64,000 nt of DNA. Source: Spirochaetota bacterium. Its GTDB lineage: Bacteria; Spirochaetota; UBA4802; UBA5550. Below the pieces are notes generated by a model. That model was not told the DNA's origin. It saw nothing but the letters and a program-made list of their open reading frames with translations, and made no database searches. The DNA lies in contig JBNKTL010000026.1 of assembly GCA_050298055.1 (NCBI GenBank), positions 1 to 64,000 of the forward strand, read 5' to 3'. A program made the translations under genes and the position numbers. Shown here piece by piece: positions 37,791 to 48,349 of this stretch (positions are counted from its first letter, which is position 1; the number at the start of each line of letters is the position of its first letter).

Positions 37791-39101
37791 ATGCATAAAT
37801 ATAAAATGAACATAACGGGTCTCTTCCTTGCGTTATTTTTGATTTTTACGGGGAAATCCCTCTATTCACAGGAAAAAAAAGGGGAGGAGGATAATTATAT
37901 TAAGCTCTTTAATAAAGGAAATTACAGGAGTTCCCTTGATAAAATTAACTCTCTTCTTCATGAGAAATACAGCAAAAGAATCAAATACAGGGCTGTTCCC
38001 ACCGGTTTTATATCAACCAGGGATACGGGAAGCAGAGTTGATTTAAAAAAAGTTTTTCGTGAACGAAAAGCAGAAGGATTTTTCATTGAAGAAAACAGCG
38101 AATTCCATACTCTTCATCTCACTGCTGCCAGGATCTATGACAAACAGAAAAAATACTTTGATTCCCTGAACCACTATTTTCAGTCTCTACGATTTAAAAA
38201 ACTGGAATACAAAAAAGATGATGCGATCTTTTTTGAAATTTCCCGGGTCTATAAAAAAATGAAGCATTTTAACGCATATATTAATTCTCTGGAAACAGCA
38301 TACTCACTTAATACGGATAATATCAGCTACTCTCTTGAATTGGGCACAGAACTCTCAAAAACATCTAAAAAAAAGAGGGCCATACACTATCTGAAGAGAT
38401 ACCTGAAACTTGAAGACAATACGCCAAAACCTGAAATTTATATTCTCCTGGGAAACCTCAACGAGGATATTGGGAAATATCTTGAAACCGAAAAGTACTA
38501 CAGAGAATACCTTAAAAAGAAACCTGGTGACCCGGACATAAACTTCGCTCTTGCTTATATCACGTACAGCAAAACGGGAAATCAAACTCTGGCACTGAGG
38601 CTTTTTAACAGGTCTCTGGAGCTTCTTCCGGAAAAAGATCACTACAGGAGATCCAAGTCTTATGAGTATATTGCCGATATCTCCCTCAGCAATCTGAATT
38701 ATAAGCTTGCCATTGAGGGATACCTCAATTGCATCGCTTACCAGAACCGGGTTGACCGGGAAGTACAAAAATCGAAAAAGAAACTGGATGAAATTAATAC
38801 AAGAATAAATGAATTAAAAAAATCTCTTCTCGAGACAAGGGATTTTGATGATTATAATACTTACGAATTCCTTCTGGACGACAGAGGAAAAATTGAACTA
38901 AAACTGAGGAGAATAAAAAGCAATTACTTCAGGCTCAATCCCGGAAAGGTGAGATGGAACATTGCGTCTGCTTATGAAAAATCGGGAAAGCTGCATGAAG
39001 CGATTAAATACTACAGAAATTCCATTACCTTTAACTTCAATCCGGTTAAATCAAGAAAAAAAATTGAAAAATTACAGTTGATATTAAAACGTGGCTATTA
39101 G
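37791..39101 (+). CDS. Exported TPR protein
   Basis: Signal peptide (LYSQE), multiple TPR motifs, coiled-coil insertion. Confidence 0.75.
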   Translation: MHKYKMNITGLFLALFLIFTGKSLYSQEKKGEEDNYIKLFNKGNYRSSLDKINSLLHEKYSKRIKYRAVPTGFISTRDTGSRVDLKKVFRERKAEGFFIEENSEFHTLHLTAARIYDKQKKYFDSLNHYFQSLRFKKLEYKKDDAIFFEISRVYKKMKHFNAYINSLETAYSLNTDNISYSLELGTELSKTSKKKRAIHYLKRYLKLEDNTPKPEIYILLGNLNEDIGKYLETEKYYREYLKKKPGDPDINFALAYITYSKTGNQTLALRLFNRSLELLPEKDHYRRSKSYEYIADISLSNLNYKLAIEGYLNCIAYQNRVDREVQKSKKKLDEINTRINELKKSLLETRDFDDYNTYEFLLDDRGKIELKLRRIKSNYFRLNPGKVRWNIASAYEKSGKLHEAIKYYRNSITFNFNPVKSRKKIEKLQLILKRGY

Positions 39102-39171
39102 ATTGTGAAGTTATAAAAATATTATTTTTACTTCAACACAAAATATCATCACCAGTATCGAGGTAACAGAA

Positions 39172-39924
39172 ATGTCAGGTCATTCCAAATGGTCAACAAT
39201 TAAGAGAAAGAAAGGGGCTGCCGATGCCAAGAGAGGCGCACTCTTTACAAAGCTTATCAGGGAGATAACCGTTGCCGCAAAGGAAGGGGGAGGAGATATT
39301 GAGGCGAATCCACGGCTCAGGACAGCGGTCATGAAAGCCCGGGCAAGCAACATGCCCAACGATAATATTGAAAGAGGAATAAAAAAGGGTACGGGAGACC
39401 TTGAGGGAGTCACCTATGAAGAGATACGCTATGAGGGATATGGTCCCGGCGGAGTGGCCATCATGGTGGATTGCCTGACCGATAACAGGAACAGAACAAT
39501 GCCCGAAGTAAGAACAGCCTTTAATAAAAACGGCGGTAACCTGGGAGAAACCGGATCAGTCAATTATCTCTTTGACAGGAAGGGCCTTATCATCATCGAA
39601 GAGGAACAGACCTCTGAGGATGAAATATTCGAACTGCTCATAGATTTTGATGTTGAAGATATTAAAAGCGAAGACAATAACATTGTTGTTACAACATCTC
39701 CCCAGGGTTTTAACGAGGTATCAGACTTTCTCGTTTCAAAGGAGCTGAATCTCTTAATGAACGAAATTACTTATGTTCCAAAAACAACTGTGGAACTTGA
39801 TGAGAAAAAAGCCGAGCAGTGTATGAGACTCATAACGACTCTCGATGACCTCGACGATACGCAGAATGTCTACTCAAACTATGATATCTCTGACGAAATC
39901 ATGATAAAGCTAAGTGCCGATTAG
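39172..39924 (+). CDS. yebC: YebC/PmpR-family protein
   Basis: MSGHSKWSTIKRKK, YEGYGPGGVA, TDNRNRT. Confidence 0.96.
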   Translation: MSGHSKWSTIKRKKGAADAKRGALFTKLIREITVAAKEGGGDIEANPRLRTAVMKARASNMPNDNIERGIKKGTGDLEGVTYEEIRYEGYGPGGVAIMVDCLTDNRNRTMPEVRTAFNKNGGNLGETGSVNYLFDRKGLIIIEEEQTSEDEIFELLIDFDVEDIKSEDNNIVVTTSPQGFNEVSDFLVSKELNLLMNEITYVPKTTVELDEKKAEQCMRLITTLDDLDDTQNVYSNYDISDEIMIKLSAD

Positions 39925-40415
39925 TGAGAATACTGGGAATAGATCCCGGGTACAATATCCTCGGGTGGTCGGCAATTGATGATAAACTGAAAATCCATGG
40001 ATATGGTGTTATTACAACACCTTCAGGAGAACCGCTGGATACACGGCTTCTGAGTATTCATAAAAGCCTTCATGAAATAATACGGGAATTCGGACCGGAT
40101 GTTGTGGCAGTTGAAAAGCTCTTTTTCAATAAAAACACCAAAACCGTCATGGATGTGGCAAAAGCAATTGGTGTTATTCTGCTGACCATCAGGCTTTCCC
40201 CTGCGGAGCTGGCCGAGTACACCCCCACTGAGATAAAACAGGCAATTACCGGTTACGGGAGGGCAACCAAGCAGCAGGTCCAGTTCATGGTCAAGAAGAT
40301 CTTTAATATCAAAGAACTTCCAAAACCTGATGATGCCGCCGACGCCCTCGCAATAGCCCTCTGCCATTCGCTCAAAGCAAAAATCATGAAGAGGACCTAT
40401 CGCGCTGAAGGATAA
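39924..40415 (+). CDS. ruvC: Holliday junction resolvase RuvC
   Basis: ILGIDPG, VAVEKLFF, GYGRATKQQV, DDAADALAIA. Confidence 0.96.
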   Translation: MRILGIDPGYNILGWSAIDDKLKIHGYGVITTPSGEPLDTRLLSIHKSLHEIIREFGPDVVAVEKLFFNKNTKTVMDVAKAIGVILLTIRLSPAELAEYTPTEIKQAITGYGRATKQQVQFMVKKIFNIKELPKPDDAADALAIALCHSLKAKIMKRTYRAEG

Positions 40416-41965
40416 CCGGTAATATCCATGATGTCGTCATAAAAGGGTTTCAGCTTTTTATATAACCTCAGGTAGACCCTTTCATAAAGATCACTGTAAA
40501 TTTCACTGTTCTCCCTGACCGGTTCAAAAACTTCACTTACTCCGGTCATTTCTTTCACTGCTGTTCTGAAATCAGTGTGAAGTTTGAGACCCACTGCCGC
40601 GTCAATTGCCGCTCCCAGGGCCGATGTTTCATATGTTGACGGTCTTTCCGCCGGCATATTAAAAATATCCGCAGTAAGCTGCATGGCAACATTACTCTGT
40701 GATCCTCCCCCGGAGACTTTGACCTTTTCTATCTTAATCCCGTTTCTCTTTTCGGTCCTCATTGCCCCTTCTTTTAAGGCATACGCAAGACCTTCAAGGA
40801 TCGCCCGGTAGAAATGCGCCCGTGTATGCACATCGCCGAAGCCTATTACGGCGCCCTTTGCCTCCACACCGGGTATTTTGATGCCGGGAGACCAGTATGG
40901 CTGAAGGGTTAGCCCCAGTGACCCGGGAGGAATATCACGGACCATATCATCGAAGAGTTTTTCCGGCGCGATCTTCCTTTTCTCTGCTATCTGTCTCTCT
41001 TTGAGACCAAACTCCCGCTTAAACCAGCTTACAAGCCAGAACCCCCTGTATACCATGACCTCCGTATTATATGAACCGGGAATTGCGCTGGGGAAAGGGG
41101 GAAGAAAAGGGATGATCTCAACGTATTTTTCATTTGTTGTTTCCACAGTGGCGGTGGTCCCGTAACTGAGGCATGCAATTTCAGGTGTAAGGCAGCCGGA
41201 ACCCAGCACTTCACAGGCCTTGTCTGTTGCCGCGGCAACCAGGGGCAGTCCTTCGGGTATTCCCGTATCCTCCGAAGCCCGGGCTGTTATGGTCCCGATA
41301 ATATCACCCGGTTTCACAAGCTCCGGGAGAACTTTTTCCGGAACATCCAGCATCTTCCAGTAGTGATGCTTCTTTCCAGCCCACTTCTGTTTTTTGTAAT
41401 CAAAAGGAACAAATCCAACCTGGTTGGCTGAAGAATCACGGTACTCGCCGGTTAACCTGAAATTGAGGTATCCTGAAAGGAAGAGGAACTTATCGGTTTT
41501 TTCCCATACCTTTTCCTGGTTCTGCTTTATCCAGTTCATTTCAGCCTCAGTAATGGTATAGAGTACGGCATCCAGCAGGTTCATCATTCTGAGAAGAATT
41601 TTAAGAGGCAAAGGGGGCCATTTACCTGCCTTCGCTCTTCTCTGGTCGAGCCATACAATTGCGGGCCGGAGAGGTTTCCCTTTTGAATCGAGGTTAATGA
41701 CCGTGTCCCTCTGTGTTGTGAGCGTAACGCCCGCAAGAGATTTCCTGAATGACGTTTTTTTCAGGAGTTTTTTACAGGAATGCGAGAGGTTTTTCCAGAA
41801 ATATTCCGGGTCCTGTTCCGCCCAGCCGGGCTTCACAGAGTAGTAAGGCTCAATCTCGGTTTTCACAATATCAAGAATTTTTCCCCGGGCATCTATCAGG
41901 CATGCCCTTACTGACTGTGTACCTACATCCAGTGATAGTATTGTTTCAGTTGAACTTTTTTTCAT
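40397..41965 (-). CDS. FGGY-family carbohydrate kinase
   Basis: LDVGTQSVR, PGWAEQD, IVWLDQR, GGGSQS, ETSALGAA. Confidence 0.93.
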   Translation of the reverse strand: MKKSSTETILSLDVGTQSVRACLIDARGKILDIVKTEIEPYYSVKPGWAEQDPEYFWKNLSHSCKKLLKKTSFRKSLAGVTLTTQRDTVINLDSKGKPLRPAIVWLDQRRAKAGKWPPLPLKILLRMMNLLDAVLYTITEAEMNWIKQNQEKVWEKTDKFLFLSGYLNFRLTGEYRDSSANQVGFVPFDYKKQKWAGKKHHYWKMLDVPEKVLPELVKPGDIIGTITARASEDTGIPEGLPLVAAATDKACEVLGSGCLTPEIACLSYGTTATVETTNEKYVEIIPFLPPFPSAIPGSYNTEVMVYRGFWLVSWFKREFGLKERQIAEKRKIAPEKLFDDMVRDIPPGSLGLTLQPYWSPGIKIPGVEAKGAVIGFGDVHTRAHFYRAILEGLAYALKEGAMRTEKRNGIKIEKVKVSGGGSQSNVAMQLTADIFNMPAERPSTYETSALGAAIDAAVGLKLHTDFRTAVKEMTGVSEVFEPVRENSEIYSDLYERVYLRLYKKLKPFYDDIMDITGYPSAR

Positions 41966-41969
41966 TCTT

Positions 41970-42671
41970 TTAGTCTTCTTTTAGTTTTTTTATCAATTCA
42001 TAGTGCTCTACAATCTCAGGGGAAAAGGGACTTAAACTGTAAGCCTCTGTTATCAGTTCTCCTGCAGTATGGAGATCACCTCTTTTCAGGTGAATTAAAC
42101 CTGCCGTATCAATATAAGCGGGATTTTTTCTGTTTTTCTGAAGTACCCTCTCCACAAGTTCCATCGCCCTGTCAAGGTCACTCCCTTTCAGGGCATAAAT
42201 GTAGGCAAGGGAATTACAGGCTGTCAGGTTATCACTTTCCAGTTCTACAACACGCTCATATGCTTCAATGGATTCTCTGTAGTTTCCCTCCTTTTCCAGA
42301 CAGTACCCTTTCATGTTCAGGGCTTCCGTATCATTTTCGGTATATTTAAGCACATGGTTGAGAAGCTTATTGCCTTTTGAAAACCTGTTTAACTTGATAT
42401 AAATGAACGCAAGGATTTTATAAACCGTCAGGATCTCAACATAGGTTGACGGCAGTTGTATTATTTTCTCAAAATAATTTACAGCGGTATTGAAGAGACC
42501 CATTCTCGAATAGCAAATCCCGAGGTTGTAGAGAATTTCAGGATTATCACTGTCCAGGGCCTCTGCGGCTTTCAACTCCCTTACAGCGTCATCATAATTG
42601 CCCACCACAAGCTTCCCGAGACTTGAGCTCAGGTAGTCATCAATCTGCTGCTGTATATCGCTTACAGTCAT
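41970..42671 (-). CDS. TPR protein
   Basis: TPR repeats; NSLAYIYA..PAYIDT; GGGAG RBS before the ATG at 42671. Confidence 0.85.
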   Translation of the reverse strand: MTVSDIQQQIDDYLSSSLGKLVVGNYDDAVRELKAAEALDSDNPEILYNLGICYSRMGLFNTAVNYFEKIIQLPSTYVEILTVYKILAFIYIKLNRFSKGNKLLNHVLKYTENDTEALNMKGYCLEKEGNYRESIEAYERVVELESDNLTACNSLAYIYALKGSDLDRAMELVERVLQKNRKNPAYIDTAGLIHLKRGDLHTAGELITEAYSLSPFSPEIVEHYELIKKLKED

Positions 42672-42678
42672 CTCCCAA

Positions 42679-43473
42679 TCAGGCAATATCCGAACGATCC
42701 GACTCCTCATCATGAGCAAAAAGCTTATTACTCTTCAATGTTTCAAGAAGCTGAAAATCTGTAGAGTTGATTGTGAGAGGCGTTATTGATATATACCCCT
42801 TTTCCAGCTCTGTAATATCACTTCCCTCTATAGGTATACTTCCTATTTCTCCAATGAGCTCCATACGATAGCTGTTATTCCCAGGCATCTCAATTTTATA
42901 TTTATCTTTGTAAGTCCTTCTCCCTGCAGAGGTGTATTTCATTCCCGCAATTTTTTCTTTTGGCAGATCCGGATAATTAATGTTAAAGAAAAAACAATCC
43001 TTTAACAGCGTAGAGGAGAAATCATCGATAAATTCCAGCAGAAACTCCGATGCATCGGAAAAATACCGGGAAGGTTTATGGTAGCTGTCCAGGGAAAGTG
43101 CCAGACTCGATTTTCCGAAGATAAATCCTGTTCTGGCCCCCGCAACGGTCCCTGAAAAGAAGAGGTCATCTCCCATGTTAGGTCCGTGGTTAATACCGGA
43201 AAGAATTATATCAGGATCAAAACATATATCACTGTGAAGAGCAATACTCACGCAATCCGATGGGTACCCTGAAACGGCAAACCTGTTTTCCGATTCTTTT
43301 TTTACTATAAGGCTCCTGTTTATGGTAAAGGCGTTTGAACAGGCACTCTTCTCTTCATCGGGAGCAATTACAACGACCTGATGGTGTTTTGAGATTACAT
43401 CCGCGAGTATACTCAGACCTTCGGCCCTTATCCCGTCATCATTGGTTATAAGTATTTTCATGTTTTCACTCAT
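42679..43473 (-). CDS. surE: 5'/3'-nucleotidase SurE
   Basis: LITNDDGI, SGINHGPNMG, SGTVAGA, ISITPL. Confidence 0.96.
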   Translation of the reverse strand: MSENMKILITNDDGIRAEGLSILADVISKHHQVVVIAPDEEKSACSNAFTINRSLIVKKESENRFAVSGYPSDCVSIALHSDICFDPDIILSGINHGPNMGDDLFFSGTVAGARTGFIFGKSSLALSLDSYHKPSRYFSDASEFLLEFIDDFSSTLLKDCFFFNINYPDLPKEKIAGMKYTSAGRRTYKDKYKIEMPGNNSYRMELIGEIGSIPIEGSDITELEKGYISITPLTINSTDFQLLETLKSNKLFAHDEESDRSDIA

Positions 43474-43543
43474 TTCCCGGTTGTGTATGATGTAAATTTA
43501 CTTAATAGAATGTATTATGTCAAATACTACTGGGTTTGCTCAT

Positions 43544-45277
43544 TTACTTTATATCCTTAACCTTATTAAATGCATCCTTCAATTTGTTCAAAATTTCCCT
43601 TTTTTCACCTGGACTGATGAGACTGAGATCAGCCGAGATGGAAAATCCTTCCACATGTTCTTCTATATGGGTCTGGGACCTGTCTATCCTTTCCATAAAA
43701 TCCACAACCTGGTAGGTCTGGACATCATAGTGGATCCCCTTTACCTTAATTTCCTCCATTTTTTTACAATAGATTGAATCCTTTATGTAAGAGTATGTTT
43801 CATGGGAAATCAGGATCTGGTCCGGTTCCGCTGAACTCTCCAGCCGGGAAGCAAGGTTGACCTGTGAACCGATGATTGTATAATCCATCCTTTCGTTACT
43901 TCCGAAATTTCCCACAGTACAGTAACCGGTGTTGATTCCCATCCGTATATGAAACGGCTCTGATACCCCCCTGTCGAGCCAGATCTTCTGCAATTCACGG
44001 ATCCTCTCTCTCATTTCAAGCGCCATGGATACGCATGCCACCGCATCCTCCTTTTCACCCCTGGATTCCGGATCACCGAAAAAGAGCATGATGGCGTCAC
44101 CGATAAACTTATCAATTGTGGCCCCATGCTTCAGGGCTATCTGCGACATCTCCTCCAGGTAATTGTTGAGAAGGGCGGTAAGTTCCTCTGTTTCCAGCCT
44201 GTCTGTAGTAGCAGTAAAATTTCGAATATCCGAAAAAAAGACAGTCAGTTTCTTTCTTCTTGCCTCGATAACCACGTCCTGTTTTCCGGTAAAAATACTC
44301 TCTCTTATCTGCGGCGAAAGATATTTTGAAAGCTTTTGTGACAGCCCTTCAAGAATTTCATTGGATTTATTGAGAAGTTCCATGGCGTTCTGGAGCTCAT
44401 GTGTTCTGTCATCAACCTTCTTTTCCAGGTTTTCAGTATAATCCTTCAGTTTTACAGTCATCCTGTTAAAGGCTTCAGCCAGCTGCCCGATCTCATCATG
44501 GGTTTTCGATATAATTGTCACATCATAGTTCCCATTGGTGATCTCCTGGCTGGAAACAATCATATTCTTTATTGGATTTACCAGGCTTCTTGCCATGATC
44601 ACAATGATCAGGAAGGCAATGATTCCGATAACAGCAAAACTTATGATTATTTTTATATTTGTATTAAAGATAATTGATTGAAGATCTTCATGCAATGCCT
44701 CTTTTTCATTTTCAATATTATCGATATAAGCCCCGGTCCCCACCCACATGTTGCTCCCGGGGACCGTCATGGCAGTACCCAGCTTCGGATACTGGCCTTC
44801 GGCTCCCGGTTTTGACCAGAAATATTTGTGAAAGATCCTTTGCTCATGAGCAACCCTGTCCAGATTACGTATGATATATTTTTTATCCGATCCCTGGAGG
44901 TCCCAGAGATTTTGACCCTCAAGTTTTTTTGTGGCGCCATGGATAAGGTTCCTGCCCGTACCCGATTCATAGACAAAGAAATATCCGTCACTGCCGAATT
45001 TCATATTTCCAACAAGTTTTCTGGCTAAAGCGATTTTTTCACTCTCTTTGAGATTTTTCATGTCATATATTGTCTTCAACAGGGTTACCGCGTTTTCTGT
45101 TGTGGACCTTAACTCTTTTTTATACCGCTCCATAAAGAGTTCATCGGATTTTTTCAAAACATAGTCATTGTATTTTCCGAAGGTCATAGAGAAGACCCCG
45201 TAGATCAAAGCAAAGGTGATAATCGTCATGAAGATGGAAAAGGTAAGCAGTTTGGCAAGAATACTGAATTTTTTCAT
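43544..45277 (-). CDS. Cache-HAMP class III adenylate/guanylate cyclase
   Basis: TM-Cache(DGYFFVY..YFWSKPG)-TM-HAMP; FSDIRNFT, DKFIGDAIM, GNFGS..DYT..VNLASRLE. Confidence 0.93.
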   Translation of the reverse strand: MKKFSILAKLLTFSIFMTIITFALIYGVFSMTFGKYNDYVLKKSDELFMERYKKELRSTTENAVTLLKTIYDMKNLKESEKIALARKLVGNMKFGSDGYFFVYESGTGRNLIHGATKKLEGQNLWDLQGSDKKYIIRNLDRVAHEQRIFHKYFWSKPGAEGQYPKLGTAMTVPGSNMWVGTGAYIDNIENEKEALHEDLQSIIFNTNIKIIISFAVIGIIAFLIIVIMARSLVNPIKNMIVSSQEITNGNYDVTIISKTHDEIGQLAEAFNRMTVKLKDYTENLEKKVDDRTHELQNAMELLNKSNEILEGLSQKLSKYLSPQIRESIFTGKQDVVIEARRKKLTVFFSDIRNFTATTDRLETEELTALLNNYLEEMSQIALKHGATIDKFIGDAIMLFFGDPESRGEKEDAVACVSMALEMRERIRELQKIWLDRGVSEPFHIRMGINTGYCTVGNFGSNERMDYTIIGSQVNLASRLESSAEPDQILISHETYSYIKDSIYCKKMEEIKVKGIHYDVQTYQVVDFMERIDRSQTHIEEHVEGFSISADLSLISPGEKREILNKLKDAFNKVKDIK

Positions 45278-45714
45278 ATTATACTGGTCCCATAATAAAT
45301 TAAGCCATCATAAATATTTTGAGATTACCTTATAATAGACAGCTTTAAATAGTATACAATATTTTTCTTAAAAATTGTATTTGTTGAAAAATTTAATTCT
45401 TCAATCTTATTGGAAGCTAATTAAAAATCAATGAAAAGTTCTAATTCTTCAGCTATGCATATGAATAATTTTTTTATTGTAAAAATACCTGATATACAGA
45501 CACCTGTTATATTACCTTTCATAAAAAATTTATTGTTTTTATTAAAACCAATTCTAATATATAATGTTTATACAGGAGAATTAAAATATTTAACAACTTC
45601 CCTTAAGGAATTATCAGAAAAAGGCAGTAAAAGAATATTATCCCATTTAAAGATATTGTTGCTGATGATTTTAATAGGCAAGTTGTTTATACTATACTGA
45701 CCAGGGATAAAGAT

Positions 45715-47001
45715 ATGAGTATATTTAAAAGCAAGAGTGTTATTGGAAAATTCAGAAATTATTCAATCCTCTTTGGGATTTTCATGGGATTTGTTTTCCC
45801 TTTCTATGCAAACTTCTTTGTAGGAACATGGAAAAGTTCACAACATGAAATCCTTTTCCTGGCAGGTTGTATTACTGCAGGAATAATGGTTGGCATTACG
45901 AGTTATATAATTTTCAGAATAACCATATTCAGAATACTGAAAGATCTGTCACAACAACTCCAGAACGTTGCTGAAGGAGAAGGAGACCTCACCGTAAAAG
46001 TCATATGTGATTCAAAGGATGATATTGGAGATCTTACCGATTATTTCAACAAATTTGTCAACAAGATCCGGCTTGTGATTAATGAAGTCATGAAATCCAC
46101 ACAGCAACTGGTTCAATATGCCGGAGAAATATCAATATCCGCCAAAACCCTTTCAGATAATGCTCAGGGACAGACAGCTTCAATTGAGGAGATAATGGCA
46201 TCCATTGAAGAGATATCAGCCGGCAACGACACAATAAACTCTAACATTGAAATGCAGTACAACAAGCTGGTTCTTCTTATTTCCAGAATGACTGAACTGC
46301 GAAATATCATCATGGAAGTAAACCTGAGTGTTAATAATACTCTGTCACTGACCCAAACTATGACATCAGAGGCAGAATCGGGGAACAAGTCACTTAATCT
46401 TATGAACTCCAGCATGTCAAAGATAACTGAAAGTTCAAGGGAGATGACAAACATTATCGAAATGATAAACACTATCTCAGAACAGATAAACCTTCTTTCA
46501 CTTAATGCAGCAATTGAAGCTGCCAGGGCAGGTGAAAAAGGAAGGGGTTTCGCTGTTGTTGCAGACGAGATATCAAAACTTGCTGACCGGACTTCTGAGA
46601 GCCTCAAACAGATAGATTCTCTGGTAAAAATCAATGAAAATGAAATAAATGCGGGAATGAAAAATGCCAACGATACAGTTAATATTATTGAGAGGATTAT
46701 AACCGGTGTCAATAGTATGATAGAAATGATAAACTCTGTCTCTAAAAATGTAGGAAAAGAGATTCAGATAGATAACCTGGTGGAAGAAGAGGCAAAAAAT
46801 GTTCAACAGATCTTCGAGGAAACAAAAATATCAACAAATGAACAGAAAGATGCCTTTGACGAAATTATTAAATCAATACAGAATATAAATGAACTCTCAC
46901 AGGTTAATGCCGGAACATCCGAAGAACTGGCAGGTAATTCTGAAAACCTGGCAACCATGTCGCAAAAACTCAACAACAAAGTGCGCTACTTTCAGGTCTG
47001 A
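45715..47001 (+). CDS. Methyl-accepting chemotaxis protein
   Basis: Two TM helices, [37 protein letters not shown]. Confidence 0.95.
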   Translation: MSIFKSKSVIGKFRNYSILFGIFMGFVFPFYANFFVGTWKSSQHEILFLAGCITAGIMVGITSYIIFRITIFRILKDLSQQLQNVAEGEGDLTVKVICDSKDDIGDLTDYFNKFVNKIRLVINEVMKSTQQLVQYAGEISISAKTLSDNAQGQTASIEEIMASIEEISAGNDTINSNIEMQYNKLVLLISRMTELRNIIMEVNLSVNNTLSLTQTMTSEAESGNKSLNLMNSSMSKITESSREMTNIIEMINTISEQINLLSLNAAIEAARAGEKGRGFAVVADEISKLADRTSESLKQIDSLVKINENEINAGMKNANDTVNIIERIITGVNSMIEMINSVSKNVGKEIQIDNLVEEEAKNVQQIFEETKISTNEQKDAFDEIIKSIQNINELSQVNAGTSEELAGNSENLATMSQKLNNKVRYFQV

Positions 47002-47003
47002 TA

Positions 47004-47348
47004 CTAAGCGTCCAGTTCCAGGCTCATGAGTATGAGCTCTTCCCCGTCTATTATCTCAACGTCTACACTTCCGCATTGCGGACAGGCAATATAATAGTCC
47101 TCAATTTGATAATCTTTACTGCATTTATCACAACGGGCAACAACATCCTGGTGAATATACTCAAGCTCCGCATTTGCCGCTACCGTATCCGTTTTAATGA
47201 CATCGAAAGCGCTGGTCAAAAAATGGGGTTCCACACCGCTGAGCTTCCCTATCTTTATAATTATTTTACTGATACTCTTCGCAGAGTTCATCTCCGCATT
47301 CTCGATACAGAGATTAAGAAGATGTGTGGCTACGGACATTTCGTGCAT
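47004..47348 (-). CDS. hypA: Hydrogenase nickel chaperone HypA
   Basis: MHEMS, two CxxC. Confidence 0.95.
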   Translation of the reverse strand: MHEMSVATHLLNLCIENAEMNSAKSISKIIIKIGKLSGVEPHFLTSAFDVIKTDTVAANAELEYIHQDVVARCDKCSKDYQIEDYYIACPQCGSVDVEIIDGEELILMSLELDA

Positions 47349-48346
47349 TAACAGATCCTCGGTAACAGAACTCCCGCCGGTGTGTCCAGAATTCTCTTCG
47401 TACCAATACCTGTCTCCAATATGACCTTCCCCGGATACTCCCTGTCAACTTCACCGATAACCGCGGCGTCTTTCCCCAGTTCATGTTTTTGTAAAATATG
47501 AACAGCCCTGTCTGCTTCACTCCTCTCCACTGCCATAACAAAAGTTCCCTCACAGGCCAGGAAGTACGGCTCAAATCCGAGGATCTCACAAACCCCCTTG
47601 ACCTCGGGAATAACGGGAATCTCATTTTCCCTGATCTTGATGCAGACCCCGGACTGGTCCGACCATTCGTTTAAAACAGCGCTCACGCCTCCCCGTGTTG
47701 CGTCTCTCAAAGCTTTGACCCTTATACTGTTTTCTGCCAGAAGCTGCACAAGGGGCCAGAGACTGGCACAGTCACTTTTCAGGTCACTTTTAATATTGAT
47801 CCCCTTCCTGTTTACAAAGATATGGGCGCCGTGTTCGCCGACACTTCCCGATACAATTATCGTATCACCTTCCCTCAGACTTCCCGCTGATATCCCCTCA
47901 ATCACGATTTCACCCACACCTGTGGTGTTAATAAATATCCCGTCAGCCGCTCCCTTTGGAACAACCTTCGTGTCCCCGGTAATTATTAACGCGTCGTTTT
48001 TCTCCAGCTCCACCTTCATGGAATGTGTAATCTTTTTAAGATCATTGATGCTGAAGCCTTCTTCGATAATAAAACCGCAGCTTAAATATTTCGGCTTTGC
48101 TCCCATCATGGCTACATCATTACATGTCCCGCAAATGGCAAGCTTCCCGATATCACCGCCGTTGAAAAAAATCGGCTTAACAGTAAAACTGTCTGTTGAC
48201 AGGGCCATTTTCCCCGAACCGGTAAAGGGTGACGCGTCCTCCAGTCTCTCAAGAATCGAGTTGGAAAAACTTGAAAGGAAAATATCATTTATCAGCTTTC
48301 CCGACTTTTCCCCGCCTCCCCCATGTTCCAGCAGTATCTGTGTCAT
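47348..48346 (-). CDS. hypE: Hydrogenase maturation carbamoyl dehydratase HypE
   Basis: HGGGG, TDSFTV, GDTKVV, C-terminal LPRIC. Confidence 0.97.
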   Translation of the reverse strand: MTQILLEHGGGGEKSGKLINDIFLSSFSNSILERLEDASPFTGSGKMALSTDSFTVKPIFFNGGDIGKLAICGTCNDVAMMGAKPKYLSCGFIIEEGFSINDLKKITHSMKVELEKNDALIITGDTKVVPKGAADGIFINTTGVGEIVIEGISAGSLREGDTIIVSGSVGEHGAHIFVNRKGINIKSDLKSDCASLWPLVQLLAENSIRVKALRDATRGGVSAVLNEWSDQSGVCIKIRENEIPVIPEVKGVCEILGFEPYFLACEGTFVMAVERSEADRAVHILQKHELGKDAAVIGEVDREYPGKVILETGIGTKRILDTPAGVLLPRIC

Positions 48347-48349
48347 TTA

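Noticed and set aside
45431..45700. 89-aa ORF in the AT-rich spacer
   Set aside because: Low-complexity Ile/Leu/Lys content, no RBS or motif; probably promoter DNA.
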